From assembly GCA_963709875.1 (NCBI GenBank), contig CAVPYB010000012.1, positions 392,320-456,319 on the forward strand: a DNA stretch of 64,000 nucleotides, in the 5' to 3' direction. How positions within the stretch are numbered: the first letter of the stretch is position 1; each line of letters starts with the position of its first letter. Below are positions 30,522-40,481 of this stretch, piece after piece. The translations under genes and the position numbers were made by a program. The notes under the pieces are model-generated. The model was not told the origin of the DNA. It ran no database searches and saw nothing but the letters and a program-made list of their open reading frames with translations. Origin of the DNA: an uncultured Chloroflexia bacterium. GTDB taxonomy: Bacteria > Chloroflexota > Anaerolineae > Anaerolineales > UBA4823.

Positions 30522-31666
30522 AATCACGCCTGGTGATCTGCCGCTCGAATCCGATCGCCCCAGACCCGAGGGTGGAGAAGGAAGCCCGCACCCTCTCCCA
30601 GGCAGGTTATTCAGTCACCCTGCTGGGATGGGACCGCAGCGCCGGTCTCCCCCGGCAGGACGAGCTGGATGGGATGCCCATGTTCCGCCTACCCATACGC
30701 GCCGAATACGCCACGGGCATGCGCAACCTGCCGGATTTGCTGCGCTGGCAGTGGGGCTTATTCCGCTGGCTGAGACAACACCACCAGGACTACGACCTGA
30801 TCCATGCCTGCGATTTCGATACCATCCTGCCGGCCCTGCTGTGCCGCAGGCTCTACCACAAGAAAGTCATCTACGATATCTTCGATTTCTACGCCGACCA
30901 CCTGCGGCTTACCCCGGGCTTTATCAAGCGGACCATCCGCGCGGTTGACCTGCGCGCCATAGACCGGGCAGATGCAGTCATCCTGGCAGATGACTCGCGT
31001 TGGGAACAGATTCAGGGTTCCAGACCACAGCGCAGTTTGGTCATCTACAACAGCCCGGGGGAGGTCGCTTTTGATACGGAGCCTGGGCAGGAGGGCACAC
31101 CGGATACACTTCGCCCGCCAGGATCGAGCCTGCATATCGTTTACGTCGGTCTGCTGCAGGTAGAGCGCGGGCTGTTCGAGCTGCTCAGCGTCCTGCGCCA
31201 GCATCCAGACTGGTCGCTCGACCTGGCAGGCTTCGGTGGCGATGAGACCCATCTCGTGGGCATGGTTGAGGATATGCCCAACGTTCGATGGCACGGCAGG
31301 GTCCTTTACCAGCGTGCCATCGAATTAAGCGCGGCTGCGGATGTGCTGATTGCCACCTACGACCCATCCATCCCCAACCACCGCTACTCAAGCCCTAATA
31401 AAGTGTTCGAAGCCATGCTGTTGGGCAAACCGGTCATCGTCGCGAAAGACACGAATATGGACCGCATCATCCAGCAGGCAGATTGCGGCCTGGTGGTGCC
31501 GTATGGGGATGTTCCGGCTCTGGAATCTGCCTTGCTCGCTTTGCAATCCGACCACGACCTGCGCCAGCGTTTGGGGGGCAACGCCCGCCAGGCTTACGAT
31601 ACCATGTACAGTTGGGAGATCATGGCGGGCAGGCTGCTAAACTTATACCAGGAGGTCCTTGGCTGA
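30518..31666 (+). CDS. glycosyltransferase family 4 (GT-B)
   Basis: 382 aa; C-terminal SPNKVFEAMLLGKPVIVAKD motif; start overlaps the upstream stop. Confidence 0.75.
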   Translation: MKSRLVICRSNPIAPDPRVEKEARTLSQAGYSVTLLGWDRSAGLPRQDELDGMPMFRLPIRAEYATGMRNLPDLLRWQWGLFRWLRQHHQDYDLIHACDFDTILPALLCRRLYHKKVIYDIFDFYADHLRLTPGFIKRTIRAVDLRAIDRADAVILADDSRWEQIQGSRPQRSLVIYNSPGEVAFDTEPGQEGTPDTLRPPGSSLHIVYVGLLQVERGLFELLSVLRQHPDWSLDLAGFGGDETHLVGMVEDMPNVRWHGRVLYQRAIELSAAADVLIATYDPSIPNHRYSSPNKVFEAMLLGKPVIVAKDTNMDRIIQQADCGLVVPYGDVPALESALLALQSDHDLRQRLGGNARQAYDTMYSWEIMAGRLLNLYQEVLG

Positions 31667-31681
31667 ACCGGTAAGCCCATC

Positions 31682-32824
31682 ATGACCAGGCTGCTGCTGT
31701 CCTCCAATACAGATTGGTATATATACAACTTCCGCCTCGCCCTGGCTGAATACATGCGCGGGCAAGGCTGGGAGGTCGTGCTCGTATCTCCACCGGGCAA
31801 TTTCACAGCCAAACTCCAGCAGCACGGCTTCCGCTGGATACCGTGGAACCTTGGACGCCAGTCTGTCTCTCCCTGGCAGGAGACCAGATCGTTGCTGGAG
31901 ATCCTGTCGATCTACTGGCGCGAGAAACCCGATCTCGTCCACCATCACACCATCAAGCCGGTGCTGTACGGCTCGCTGGCAGCCCGCCTGGCGGGCGTCC
32001 CGGCCGTGGTCAACTCGATCACCGGGAGGGGGTATATCTTCCTGGGAGAGGACCGCAAAGCGCAGCTGCTGAAACGCCCGGTGCTCCAGATCTACAAGCT
32101 GGCTTTGAACTCTCCGCGCTGTGGGGTGATTTTCGAAAATCCTAACGACCGGCAGTACTTCCTCGACCAGCGGCTGGTGTCCGCTGAACGCACCTGGCTG
32201 ATCGAGGGCGTCGGTGTCGATCCAGAGCGATTCACTCCCCTTCCAGAGCGCGAAGGCGTGCCGGTGGTAGCACTGGCGGCACGTATGCTGTGGGATAAGG
32301 GGGTAGGCGTGCTGGTCGAGGCAGCTCGCATCCTGAAAGAAGATACCCAAGCGCGCATCGCCCTGGTGGGCGAGCCCGACCCGGGCAACCCAGGGACGGT
32401 GAGCAGCCAGACCCTGGAGAAGTGGCATGCCGAAGGGCTGGTCGAGTGGTGGGGTTGGCAGCCGGAGATGCCAGAGGTCTATAACAAGAGCCATATCGTT
32501 ACCTTACCCACCATGTACGGTGAGGGTGTGCCAACTACCCTGCTCGAGGCGGCAGCCTGTGGTCGACCGCTTGTGGCAACCGACATCCCCGGGTGCCGGG
32601 CGGTGGTCCTGGATGGGCACAATGGCTTCCTGGTGCCCCCTAACGACCCCCAGGCGCTTGCGCAGGCGCTGAAACATCTGGTATCCGATCCATCCCTGCG
32701 TGGTAGAATGGGTGCAGCAAGCCGCCAACTGGTGATGCAGAAATTCACTCACGCCCGGGTAAACGCAGCTACAATGCAGGTCTACCAGCAGATCCTGGGA
32801 ACGAGCGACGCTGGCGCACCATGA
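31682..32824 (+). CDS. glycosyltransferase family 4 (GT-B)
   Basis: 380 aa; YGEGVPTTLLEAAACGRPLVATDIPG motif typical of GT4. Confidence 0.8.
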   Translation: MTRLLLSSNTDWYIYNFRLALAEYMRGQGWEVVLVSPPGNFTAKLQQHGFRWIPWNLGRQSVSPWQETRSLLEILSIYWREKPDLVHHHTIKPVLYGSLAARLAGVPAVVNSITGRGYIFLGEDRKAQLLKRPVLQIYKLALNSPRCGVIFENPNDRQYFLDQRLVSAERTWLIEGVGVDPERFTPLPEREGVPVVALAARMLWDKGVGVLVEAARILKEDTQARIALVGEPDPGNPGTVSSQTLEKWHAEGLVEWWGWQPEMPEVYNKSHIVTLPTMYGEGVPTTLLEAAACGRPLVATDIPGCRAVVLDGHNGFLVPPNDPQALAQALKHLVSDPSLRGRMGAASRQLVMQKFTHARVNAATMQVYQQILGTSDAGAP

Positions 32825-32853
32825 TCAAACCGGCTCCTGCGGATATCTGACCC

Positions 32854-33861
32854 TTGCTGACCCTGCTCTCCTTCCGCAATATATTTATCGCAGCAATGAT
32901 CGCACTGGTTCTCGGACCGCTGGTGCAGTGGCTGGCGCGCCGGCTGGGGTTCGTGGATATCCCCAACAAGGAGCCGCACAAACAGCACGCCGCCGTGGTG
33001 CCGTTCGCCGGTGGCTTCGTGATCGTTGCTACTGTCTTTGCAGTCAGCCTCGGGCAGCGGATGCTGGAAACGCAGACCGTGTTTGCTCTGCTGGTATCTT
33101 CCATCCTGCTGTTTGCGTTCGGTGTTTGGGATGACCTCAAACAGTTATCACCGCTGGTTAAATTCATCGGTCAGATCGCCGGGGCTCTGCTGCTGATTTA
33201 TCTGGGCGTCCAGGTGCTCATCTTCCCGCAAAACTGGCTCAACCTGCTGATCACCTTACTCTGGGTAGTAGGTATCACCAACGCCTACAACTTTGTAGAC
33301 AGCATGGATGGTCTGGCAGTCGGGCTGAGCGCACAGGCAGCCGCGTTCTTCATGCTGGTCACCTCTGATTCCGGGCAGGTGGAGCTTTCCCTGTTAAGCG
33401 CCATCCTGCTGGGTGCCAGTGTGGGCTGTTTCTATTTCAATGCGCTGCCGGCACGTTTCTTCCTGGGTGATTCAGGGTCGCAGTTCCTGGGCTTCGTGCT
33501 GGCTGGTCTGGCGATTGCCTATAATCCCCCGGGCTTCGAGCAGCTTCAATCCTGGTACATTCCGATCCTGCTGATGGGCGTGCCAATCTTCGATATCACC
33601 CTGGTGGTGTTCTCCCGCCTGCGGCGCAGAAAACCGATCTATAAAGCCTCGCGCGACCACACCTACCACCGCCTGGTACAGATGGGGATGAGCTCCAACC
33701 GGGCGGTGCTCAGCATGCATATCACTGCCCTGCTGCTGGGGTGCCTGGCTTTCATCGCTCTCGGACTGCCGGTGCTGCTGGCCAACGCGATCTTCATCGC
33801 CATCCTGCTCATCGGATTGATCGCCCTGATCGTCCTGGAAAGCCAGAGCCAGCCGCAATAA
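32854..33861 (+). CDS. polyprenyl-phosphate N-acetylhexosamine-1-phosphate transferase (WecA/MraY family)
   Basis: FVDIPNKEPHKQHAAVVPFAGG, FGVWDDL, NAYNFVDSMDGL, ~10 TM segments. Confidence 0.85.
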   Translation: MLTLLSFRNIFIAAMIALVLGPLVQWLARRLGFVDIPNKEPHKQHAAVVPFAGGFVIVATVFAVSLGQRMLETQTVFALLVSSILLFAFGVWDDLKQLSPLVKFIGQIAGALLLIYLGVQVLIFPQNWLNLLITLLWVVGITNAYNFVDSMDGLAVGLSAQAAAFFMLVTSDSGQVELSLLSAILLGASVGCFYFNALPARFFLGDSGSQFLGFVLAGLAIAYNPPGFEQLQSWYIPILLMGVPIFDITLVVFSRLRRRKPIYKASRDHTYHRLVQMGMSSNRAVLSMHITALLLGCLAFIALGLPVLLANAIFIAILLIGLIALIVLESQSQPQ

Positions 33862-33955
33862 TCCCCCCTATAAATCCCTTGAGCGGTAGGGCTCACAGCC
33901 CCTGCTTTGACGGCCTGCTCGGGGATCATCCCTGGGAAATATCCCTAAGATAATT

Positions 33956-34985
33956 ATGGTCAATGAATGGAATCCACGTGCAGAAATACTGGCGGTATCG
34001 CACCGCTGGCCGGTGATCATGCTGTTCATCCTACTTGGCAGCCTGATTGGAGCTGCGGCGGCGTATCTCCTGCCATCTCCATACCGTGCCGAGTCCACGC
34101 TGCACGTCGCCTATAACGCCGATATCCACCTGCGCAACCCGGATGATTACAAGAACTGGCAGATGGAGCAGCTAAATATCTTCATCCTGTCAGAGGATGT
34201 GCTGGATGAGACATTACGTAGATTGCAGAGCCAGAACAGCGCCTGGGGGGATACCACGATCGACGACCTGGCCGGCAGCCTGCACGTTTACTGGCGCAAT
34301 GCCGGGGAATGGAGTTCTGGTAGCCGAGGCGTCCAGCCCCGAGCTGGCCGCGCAGCTGCTGAATACCTGGCAGCAGGTGGTCCTGGAGCAGATCGATGCT
34401 GCCAAAGCCCATGCACAAGCTGTGCTGGACTTAAGCACGCGCGTCGATACGCTGTATCTGCAGCGCGTGGATACCGACCAGCGCATCAGCGAACTCAGCC
34501 AGACCAGAGACGCCATACAAACCTGGATGCAGAGCCTTGATGAGGAGATGGGCGGTTCGCCGCTGGAAGCCAGGCAGCGCTGGCTGCTCCTTTCCCGGGC
34601 GGCCAGTGCAGCCGACTGGCACCCAGCAGGGACAGCTTTGTTGGCAGAGACTCCACCCCCCGAGGCTCCCGCATCTGAATATCTCCCGTGGCTGGAAAAG
34701 ACCCTGGTCTTCATCGAACAGCAGCTAGAATCCCTGGGACCCCAATCCAGCCAGCTCACCGCGGAGTACGATCGGCTGTATAGCGAGTGGGAAAAAGAAT
34801 TAAAGTCCTCACGCGGGCTGACAGCTTACCTGGTGGTCAGCCCTCTGGAAAATAGCAGCCAGCCGGTTGAGCCGGTCCGCCCAACAGGTACGCTGGTATT
34901 CGTCGGTGGGATGCTGGGCTTGCTCACCTGGACGCTGGTCTGGCTGATGGCACCGGTGCTCCGCGCTCGATCGCAGATCGCATGA
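33956..34985 (+). pseudogene. Wzz/PCP-like chain-length determinant, one frame disruption
   Basis: N-terminal TM (WPVIMLFILLGSLIGAAAAYLL) + PYRAESTLHV; the reading continues in the +1 frame after the GGGG run at 34304-34307 (removing one G gives RNAGNGVLVAEASSPELAAQL); coiled region and C-terminal TM (LVFVGGMLGLLTWTLVWLMAP). Confidence 0.6.
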
Positions 34986-36442
34986 GAGAACAAATCACTC
35001 CAAAGGCTGTACTGGCCTTTATCCAGAAAACGGCCTGGATACTGTTCCTGCTGTTCCTGCCGGTGACCAGCTTCCCATATTTTCCATCCGCATTGGGCGG
35101 CGGCACCCTGGTGCGGCCGCTGTCGATCTACCCGCTACTGATCCTGCTGGCATTATCCACCATCCCGACGCTGGTCCGCAAGCCTATCCCCAAAACACTG
35201 CTCACCCTGCTGCCATTCGTGTGCATCGCGGCGGCTGTGTCGCTACTCTCCCTGCTCCGGGATATCGACCCGCTGTTGGGGATCGCTGTCCCGGACCGGG
35301 TGCTGCGGGCATTTTTCACCCTGGTAATCGGCGGCGCTATCTTCGCCACAGTCGCCCTGACCCCGCGCACCCGTGACCAGCTGGTAGCATCGCTGCGCTG
35401 GCTGTACCTTGGCTTCAGCGTCGCGCTGCTGTGGGGATCACTGCAGGCAATCTACATCGTCAGCTACAACCAGGCGTACTTCCGCCTGCTTCAGAAGGTC
35501 CAGCGCCTGATATCGACCCGCAAGCTGTTCACCACCCGCATCTCCGGCATGACCTACGAGCCGAACTGGTTCGCCGAACAGATCAGCATGCTGCTGGTGC
35601 CGTGGCTGCTGGCATCGGTGCTCAGCGGATACAGCGTCTTCCGCTGGCGCTGGCGTTGGGTCACCGTCGAGCTGTTCCTGCTGATCTGGTCGGTGGTCGT
35701 GCTGGCATTCACCTTCTCCCGCTCAGGTCTGGCCAACTTGTTTGTGCTAGCCTTCCTGGGGATACTGTTCCTGCGACCCCAGCAGCGCCAGAAGGAAAAG
35801 CAGCCCGCCACGGTACGCACCTGGGCATTCCGTCTGGTCCAGGCAGGCGTCGCCATTGTCGTGCTGGCTGGAGTGATCTACTTTGCCGGCACAAAGAACG
35901 AGTTTTTCGCCCGCATCTGGAATTATTGGGGCGAAAAAAAGGAACGCAGCATCGCAGGCTATTTCGAGTACCTGGGCTTTGGAGCGCGCCTGACCTATGG
36001 GGATGCTGCCTTTGCGGTATACAATGAGTATCCCGTGCTAGGGGTCGGTCTGGGGAACTTCGCCTATTATTTCGAAGATTTCCTGCCGGATATCCAACTT
36101 GCATCCACACCTGAGGTGCTGCGCATTGTCACACCGGATGCCGGCCGGGACCGGTTGATCACACCCAAGAACCTGTACTACCGTCTGCTTTCCGAGACCG
36201 GTGTGGTCGGCACCGCCGCATTTATGGCATTTGTAGCGGCTGTCCTGGGCTGTGCGTTGTACTTGTGGGCATCCCCCAACGGTGAAGACCGCTACTGGGG
36301 GAAAGCGGGATTATTGGGCATGCTTGCCTTCGGCATGGCCGCGATCTCTTTCGATTCATTTGCACTGCCCAATATGTGGGTGGTATTCGGGTTGATCACC
36401 GCCTCAGCCTGGGTTTTTAACGGATCACAGGCTGAGTTATAA
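34982..36442 (+). CDS. O-antigen ligase/polymerase-like (Wzy_C family) membrane protein
   Basis: 486-aa polytopic ORF with a central loop FTFSRSGLANL typical of the O-antigen ligase domain; start overlaps the Wzz-like stop. Confidence 0.6.
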   Translation: MREQITPKAVLAFIQKTAWILFLLFLPVTSFPYFPSALGGGTLVRPLSIYPLLILLALSTIPTLVRKPIPKTLLTLLPFVCIAAAVSLLSLLRDIDPLLGIAVPDRVLRAFFTLVIGGAIFATVALTPRTRDQLVASLRWLYLGFSVALLWGSLQAIYIVSYNQAYFRLLQKVQRLISTRKLFTTRISGMTYEPNWFAEQISMLLVPWLLASVLSGYSVFRWRWRWVTVELFLLIWSVVVLAFTFSRSGLANLFVLAFLGILFLRPQQRQKEKQPATVRTWAFRLVQAGVAIVVLAGVIYFAGTKNEFFARIWNYWGEKKERSIAGYFEYLGFGARLTYGDAAFAVYNEYPVLGVGLGNFAYYFEDFLPDIQLASTPEVLRIVTPDAGRDRLITPKNLYYRLLSETGVVGTAAFMAFVAAVLGCALYLWASPNGEDRYWGKAGLLGMLAFGMAAISFDSFALPNMWVVFGLITASAWVFNGSQAEL

Positions 36443-36461
36443 TAGCCATCAATGCATCAGG

Positions 36462-36510
36462 GCTGTGTGGACGAGGGATGTCCCCTGACCACACAGCTTT
36501 CTTTTTTCTC
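36462..36510 (+). terminator. rho-independent terminator closing the glycan locus
   Basis: GCTGTGTGG (36462-36470) pairs with CCACACAGC (36489-36497), followed by TTTCTTTTTTC. Confidence 0.7.
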
Positions 36511-36574
36511 AACTTCGGTACTCAAACCCGTATTACAATCTACTGGTAACTTTCGCTATATGCTGAGGTAGTTA

Positions 36575-38632
36575 ATGGAACGAAAAAGAACCTTACCGTT
36601 TGTCTTACTGGGTGTATCCCTGGCGGTATTTGTCCTGTGCTGTTTGTGTGTGCTGCTCTGGATGGCCTTCACCACCCTCGCCGAGAGGTCTACCAATCTG
36701 GAGGAGATACAAGCCTTTATAGCTGATCCCACCTCAACACCGGTCTTCCTGCGCCCGAGTGTATCACCCGAAGCGCGTTCAACTGCAGAGAAAGGCGCAC
36801 CAGCCGTAGCGCTCAACCTGCCAGCCGACCCATTCGAAACCCTGGACGAGCTCTCGAATGCTCAGGTCCCGATCAATGACTATTATGATCTCGCCCGCCG
36901 CCTGGAAGGGATAGATAATGTCCCTCCCACGCTCGAGCCACCGGCTTCTGCTTTTAAAGTCGGCGATCAAAAGAGCTTCTGGGTCGCCAACAACGATACC
37001 AATGCATATTTTCCGATACCGGCAACTTTGCGTGCCGCAACCGACCACGCATACTTCTGGATCCAGGACGGCATTAGCTATCGGAAAGAAGACCTGACCG
37101 CCCTGGCCGAGACATTCGAGAGCCAGATCTACCCCACCAACCGCGAGTTCTTCGGCAGCGAGTGGACCCCCGGTGTGGATGGCGACCCGCATATCTACAT
37201 CCTGTATGCAAGCGACCTGGGGAGCAGGGTCGCCGGATATTTCTCGTCAAACAATTCTTTCAACCCCCAAATCCAGCAATATTCCAACGGACACGAGTTG
37301 TTTGTCCTGCACGCCGACAGCACCGGGCTGGATGAAGAATACACCTATGGGACTCTGGCACACGAGTTCCAGCACATGATCCACTGGTATCAAGACCGCA
37401 ATGAAGCCACCTGGATGAACGAGGGATTCTCCGATCTGGCGATGTTCCTGAACGGCTACGACATCGGTGGGCACGATTTTTTGTACGTCTTGGATCCCGA
37501 CCTGCAGTTAAATCACTGGCCAAGTGATGAAACCGCCCCGCACTACGGTGCATCGTTTCTGTTCATGAACTACTTCCTCGACCGCTTCGGCGAGCAGGCC
37601 ACCCGGGCACTGCTGGCCCATCCGGAAAACGATCTGCAGAGCATCGACGCGACCTTGGAGGAGCTAGGCATCACCGATCCACTGACCGGAGAGACGGTCG
37701 ATGCAGACTCGTTCTTCGCCGATTGGGCAGTGGCAAATTACCTGCAGGATAGCCGTGTGGGGGATGGTCGCTACACCTACAACCTCTACTCAGGTGCGCC
37801 GCAGCCCACAGAAACCGAAACTATCCGCGATTGTGAATCCTCCTTGCAGACAAGGGATGTACACCAGTATGGCATAGACTATATCCGCATCGACTGCCGC
37901 AATCCAACGACCTTGCGTTTCGAAGGCTCCACCCTTGTGCGCCTGCAGCCTGAAGATGCTCACTCGGGCTCGTATGCCTTCTGGTCGAACCGCGGGGATG
38001 AGTCGGACATGACTCTGACGCGCAGCTTCGATTTCAGCGAGCACACAGGACCGCTCACCCTGACCTATTGGACCTGGTACGACCTCGAAGAAGATTACGA
38101 TTATGCCTACCTGCTGGCTTCCGAGGACGGCGAGAACTGGCAAATCCTCTTCACCCCGTCGGGCACCGGAGATGACCCCACCGGCGCAAATTACGGCTGG
38201 GGGTACAACGCAGCCAGCGGAGGCGGGCCACGCTGGGTGCAGGAAAGCGTGGACCTCTCCGAATTTGCCGGCAAAGATGTCCAGCTGCGTTTCGAGTACA
38301 TCACCGACGCGGCTGTGAATGGCGAGGGGCTGCTGCTTGATGACATCGCCATACCGGAAATCGGTTATTCCACCGATTTCGAGGATGATGATGGCGGCTG
38401 GCAGGCGGCCGGATTTGTGCGCACACAGAACCTGCTGCCGCAGTTCTACCAGCTATCGCTGATCACATACGGGGATGCTATCGAAGTGACGCCTGTACAG
38501 CTTTCTCCGGACAACACTGCTGTCATCGAATTGGATTTCGGCGGGGAAGTTGATGAGGCGGTCCTGGTCGTCAGCGGAACCACCCGCTTCACCCGGCAGC
38601 CGACTGCATACCGCTTCAGCTTCCTACCATGA
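36575..38632 (+). CDS. membrane-anchored secreted zinc metallopeptidase (gluzincin, HExxH...NEGF)
   Basis: N-terminal TM LPFVLLGVSLAVFVLCCLCVLLWMAF; TLAHEFQHMIHWYQDRNEATWMNEGFSDL gives HExxH plus a downstream NEGF glutamate as in clan MA(E)/M1-like enzymes; long C-terminal beta-rich region. Confidence 0.65.
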   Translation: MERKRTLPFVLLGVSLAVFVLCCLCVLLWMAFTTLAERSTNLEEIQAFIADPTSTPVFLRPSVSPEARSTAEKGAPAVALNLPADPFETLDELSNAQVPINDYYDLARRLEGIDNVPPTLEPPASAFKVGDQKSFWVANNDTNAYFPIPATLRAATDHAYFWIQDGISYRKEDLTALAETFESQIYPTNREFFGSEWTPGVDGDPHIYILYASDLGSRVAGYFSSNNSFNPQIQQYSNGHELFVLHADSTGLDEEYTYGTLAHEFQHMIHWYQDRNEATWMNEGFSDLAMFLNGYDIGGHDFLYVLDPDLQLNHWPSDETAPHYGASFLFMNYFLDRFGEQATRALLAHPENDLQSIDATLEELGITDPLTGETVDADSFFADWAVANYLQDSRVGDGRYTYNLYSGAPQPTETETIRDCESSLQTRDVHQYGIDYIRIDCRNPTTLRFEGSTLVRLQPEDAHSGSYAFWSNRGDESDMTLTRSFDFSEHTGPLTLTYWTWYDLEEDYDYAYLLASEDGENWQILFTPSGTGDDPTGANYGWGYNAASGGGPRWVQESVDLSEFAGKDVQLRFEYITDAAVNGEGLLLDDIAIPEIGYSTDFEDDDGGWQAAGFVRTQNLLPQFYQLSLITYGDAIEVTPVQLSPDNTAVIELDFGGEVDEAVLVVSGTTRFTRQPTAYRFSFLP

Positions 38633-38727
38633 GATCCCCTGATGGACGGTAACGCCGTTTAATCCCTGATGCACGTTTGCATGACAGTTCGCTGAGCAAT
38701 CCTGACAAATCCATCGAACGACAAACA

Positions 38728-38775
38728 AGCCGGTTTCCCGGGAATGCCCCCGAGAAGCCGGCTTGTTTGATTCAG
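38728..38775 (+). terminator. stem-loop after the peptidase gene
   Basis: CAAACAAGCCGG (38728-38739) pairs with CCGGCTTGTTTG (38764-38775); 24-nt loop; weak T tract. Confidence 0.4.
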
Positions 38776-38826
38776 CTTAAGATTTGTATATTTACGTCAG
38801 TTCGGGGTAACAACGAAAGAAGTGAC

Positions 38827-38869
38827 AGGTGTTGTTTTTTGGCGGCTGCGCCGCCAAAAAACAACACCT
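38827..38869. terminator. bidirectional rho-independent terminator
   Basis: Perfect 20-bp stem AGGTGTTGTTTTTTGGCGGC / GCCGCCAAAAAACAACACCT with a 3-nt loop; the T6/A6 runs inside the arms give a U-tract on either strand; sits between convergent genes. Confidence 0.8.
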
Positions 38870-38920
38870 GAGTCATCTTATCCCGAATTCACGTTATATT
38901 TGGTTGTCAGTCGAACAACG

Positions 38921-39151
38921 CTAGGCAGGTTCGGAGGGCGGTTTAGGCGCCTTCAGAGCGGAGAGCTGCTCTTCAAGCTCCACCCTGCGCTCGGTGGCAG
39001 CTTTCTTGACCTCATCCTGGATATAGGTCGCACGCTCCTGGATCTGGATACGCAGCTCCTCACCAGATGCTGGGGCAAGCAAGATGGCGACCATCGCCCC
39101 CACCAGCGCCCCGCTGAATACCCCCGCCATAAAACTTAGAAAACGGTTCAT
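38921..39151 (-). CDS. YtxH domain-containing protein
   Basis: MNRFLSFMAGVFSGALVGAMVAILLAPASGEELR... followed by a charged helix; GGAG 7 nt upstream of ATG 39151 (the ORF track extends to 39208). Confidence 0.7.
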   Translation of the reverse strand: MNRFLSFMAGVFSGALVGAMVAILLAPASGEELRIQIQERATYIQDEVKKAATERRVELEEQLSALKAPKPPSEPA

Positions 39152-39420
39152 AATCAACTCCTTCTGTTGGTTCACCCTCAGGGAGCAGAGGAATGGATAG
39201 ACCCTCAATACCCGGGATGATGTCCGATTTATACAACACTCAGGCTTAGCCGTAGATACGAGTTACTGCACTTTATATTACCACGCCGCCAAGGCTTGCA
39301 GACAAATGTATAATACTAGAACGGATGCCCGGACGCTGATATTATACTGAAGAATGATCGCTTTGCCTATCAGAGCAAACGGCTTGCGAATGACGACCTA
39401 TCATCGTGGAGGAGGCTGAG

Positions 39421-40419
39421 ATGATCGACTCGGCGCTGCCCTTGATCGACCTGCACCGCCACCTGGATGGCAATGTACGCCTGGAAACGATCCTGGACCT
39501 GGGCCGCCGGCACAACCTGCCGCTGCCTGCCTGGGATATCGAAGGTCTCCGGCCACATATCCAGATCAGCACCCCACAGCCTGGTGTAATGGCATTCATC
39601 GAGAAATTCCACTGGATGCGGGGTGTGCTGGTGGATTACGACGCCTGCCGCAGGATTGCCTACGAAAACATCCAGGATGCGCAGAGTGAAGGTCTGGACT
39701 ATATCGAGCTGCGCTTCAGTCCCTGGTTCATGGCAGAGCCGGCCGGTCTGCAGCCAGAGGCGGTTGTCGAAGCGGTGGTGGATGGCGCGCGGTCAGCCTC
39801 CCAGGATACCGGTCTGCCATTTGGTTTGATCGGCATCCTCAGCCGCACATACGGACCTGAAACTGCCTGGCTGGAGCTGGAAGCCCTGCTGAACCAGCGC
39901 GACCAGCTTGCCGGTCTGGATCTGGCAGGCGATGAGGCCAACTATTCCGGCGAGCTGTTCGTCGAGCACGTCCGCCGGGGACGCGAGGCCGGGCTGGGCA
40001 TCACCATCCACGCCGGTGAAGCCGCCGGAGCGGAGAGCGTCTGGCAGGCCGTCCGCCAGCTCGGCGCAGAGCGCATCGGTCATGGCGTAAGGGCGATCGA
40101 TGATCCCCAGCTGCTCGATTACCTGGCACAGCAGCGCATCGGCGTCGAAACGAACCTGACCAGCAACGTTCAGACCAGCACCGTCCCGGATTACGCCAGC
40201 CACCCGCTGAAGCGCTTCCTGGAGCTGGGCATCCTGGCGACCATCAACACCGACGACCCGGCCATCAGCAATATCACCCTGCGCTACGAGTACGAGGTAG
40301 CCGCCCCGGCAGCCGGGCTCAGCCCGGCACAGATCCGCCAGGCGCAGCGCAACGCGCTGGATGTGGCCTTCCTGGACGAGAACAAAAAGCAAGCCCTGCT
40401 GCAAAACAAGCAGGGCTAA
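39421..40419 (+). CDS. add: adenosine deaminase
   Basis: LIDLHRHLDGN, TIHAGEAAG, INTDDPAIS - metal and catalytic motifs of the family; GGAGGAGG precedes ATG 39421. Confidence 0.9.
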   Translation: MIDSALPLIDLHRHLDGNVRLETILDLGRRHNLPLPAWDIEGLRPHIQISTPQPGVMAFIEKFHWMRGVLVDYDACRRIAYENIQDAQSEGLDYIELRFSPWFMAEPAGLQPEAVVEAVVDGARSASQDTGLPFGLIGILSRTYGPETAWLELEALLNQRDQLAGLDLAGDEANYSGELFVEHVRRGREAGLGITIHAGEAAGAESVWQAVRQLGAERIGHGVRAIDDPQLLDYLAQQRIGVETNLTSNVQTSTVPDYASHPLKRFLELGILATINTDDPAISNITLRYEYEVAAPAAGLSPAQIRQAQRNALDVAFLDENKKQALLQNKQG

Positions 40420-40432
40420 ATCTCTGTATATA

Positions 40433-40470
40433 GGTTGTCTATCGAGCTGCAAACTGCTCGATAGACAACC
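40433..40470. terminator. stem-loop between convergent add and the GH13 gene
   Basis: GGTTGTCTATCGAGC (40433-40447) pairs with GCTCGATAGACAACC (40456-40470); 8-nt loop. Confidence 0.6.
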
Positions 40471-40481
40471 CTATTGTTTAA

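Noticed and set aside
39209-39420. Possible purine riboswitch upstream of adenosine deaminase
   Set aside because: I looked for the conserved purine-riboswitch junction and loop sequences (UAUAAU..., GUUUCUACC-like, P1 pairing) and could not find them. Only ordinary promoter-like AT-rich sequence is present.
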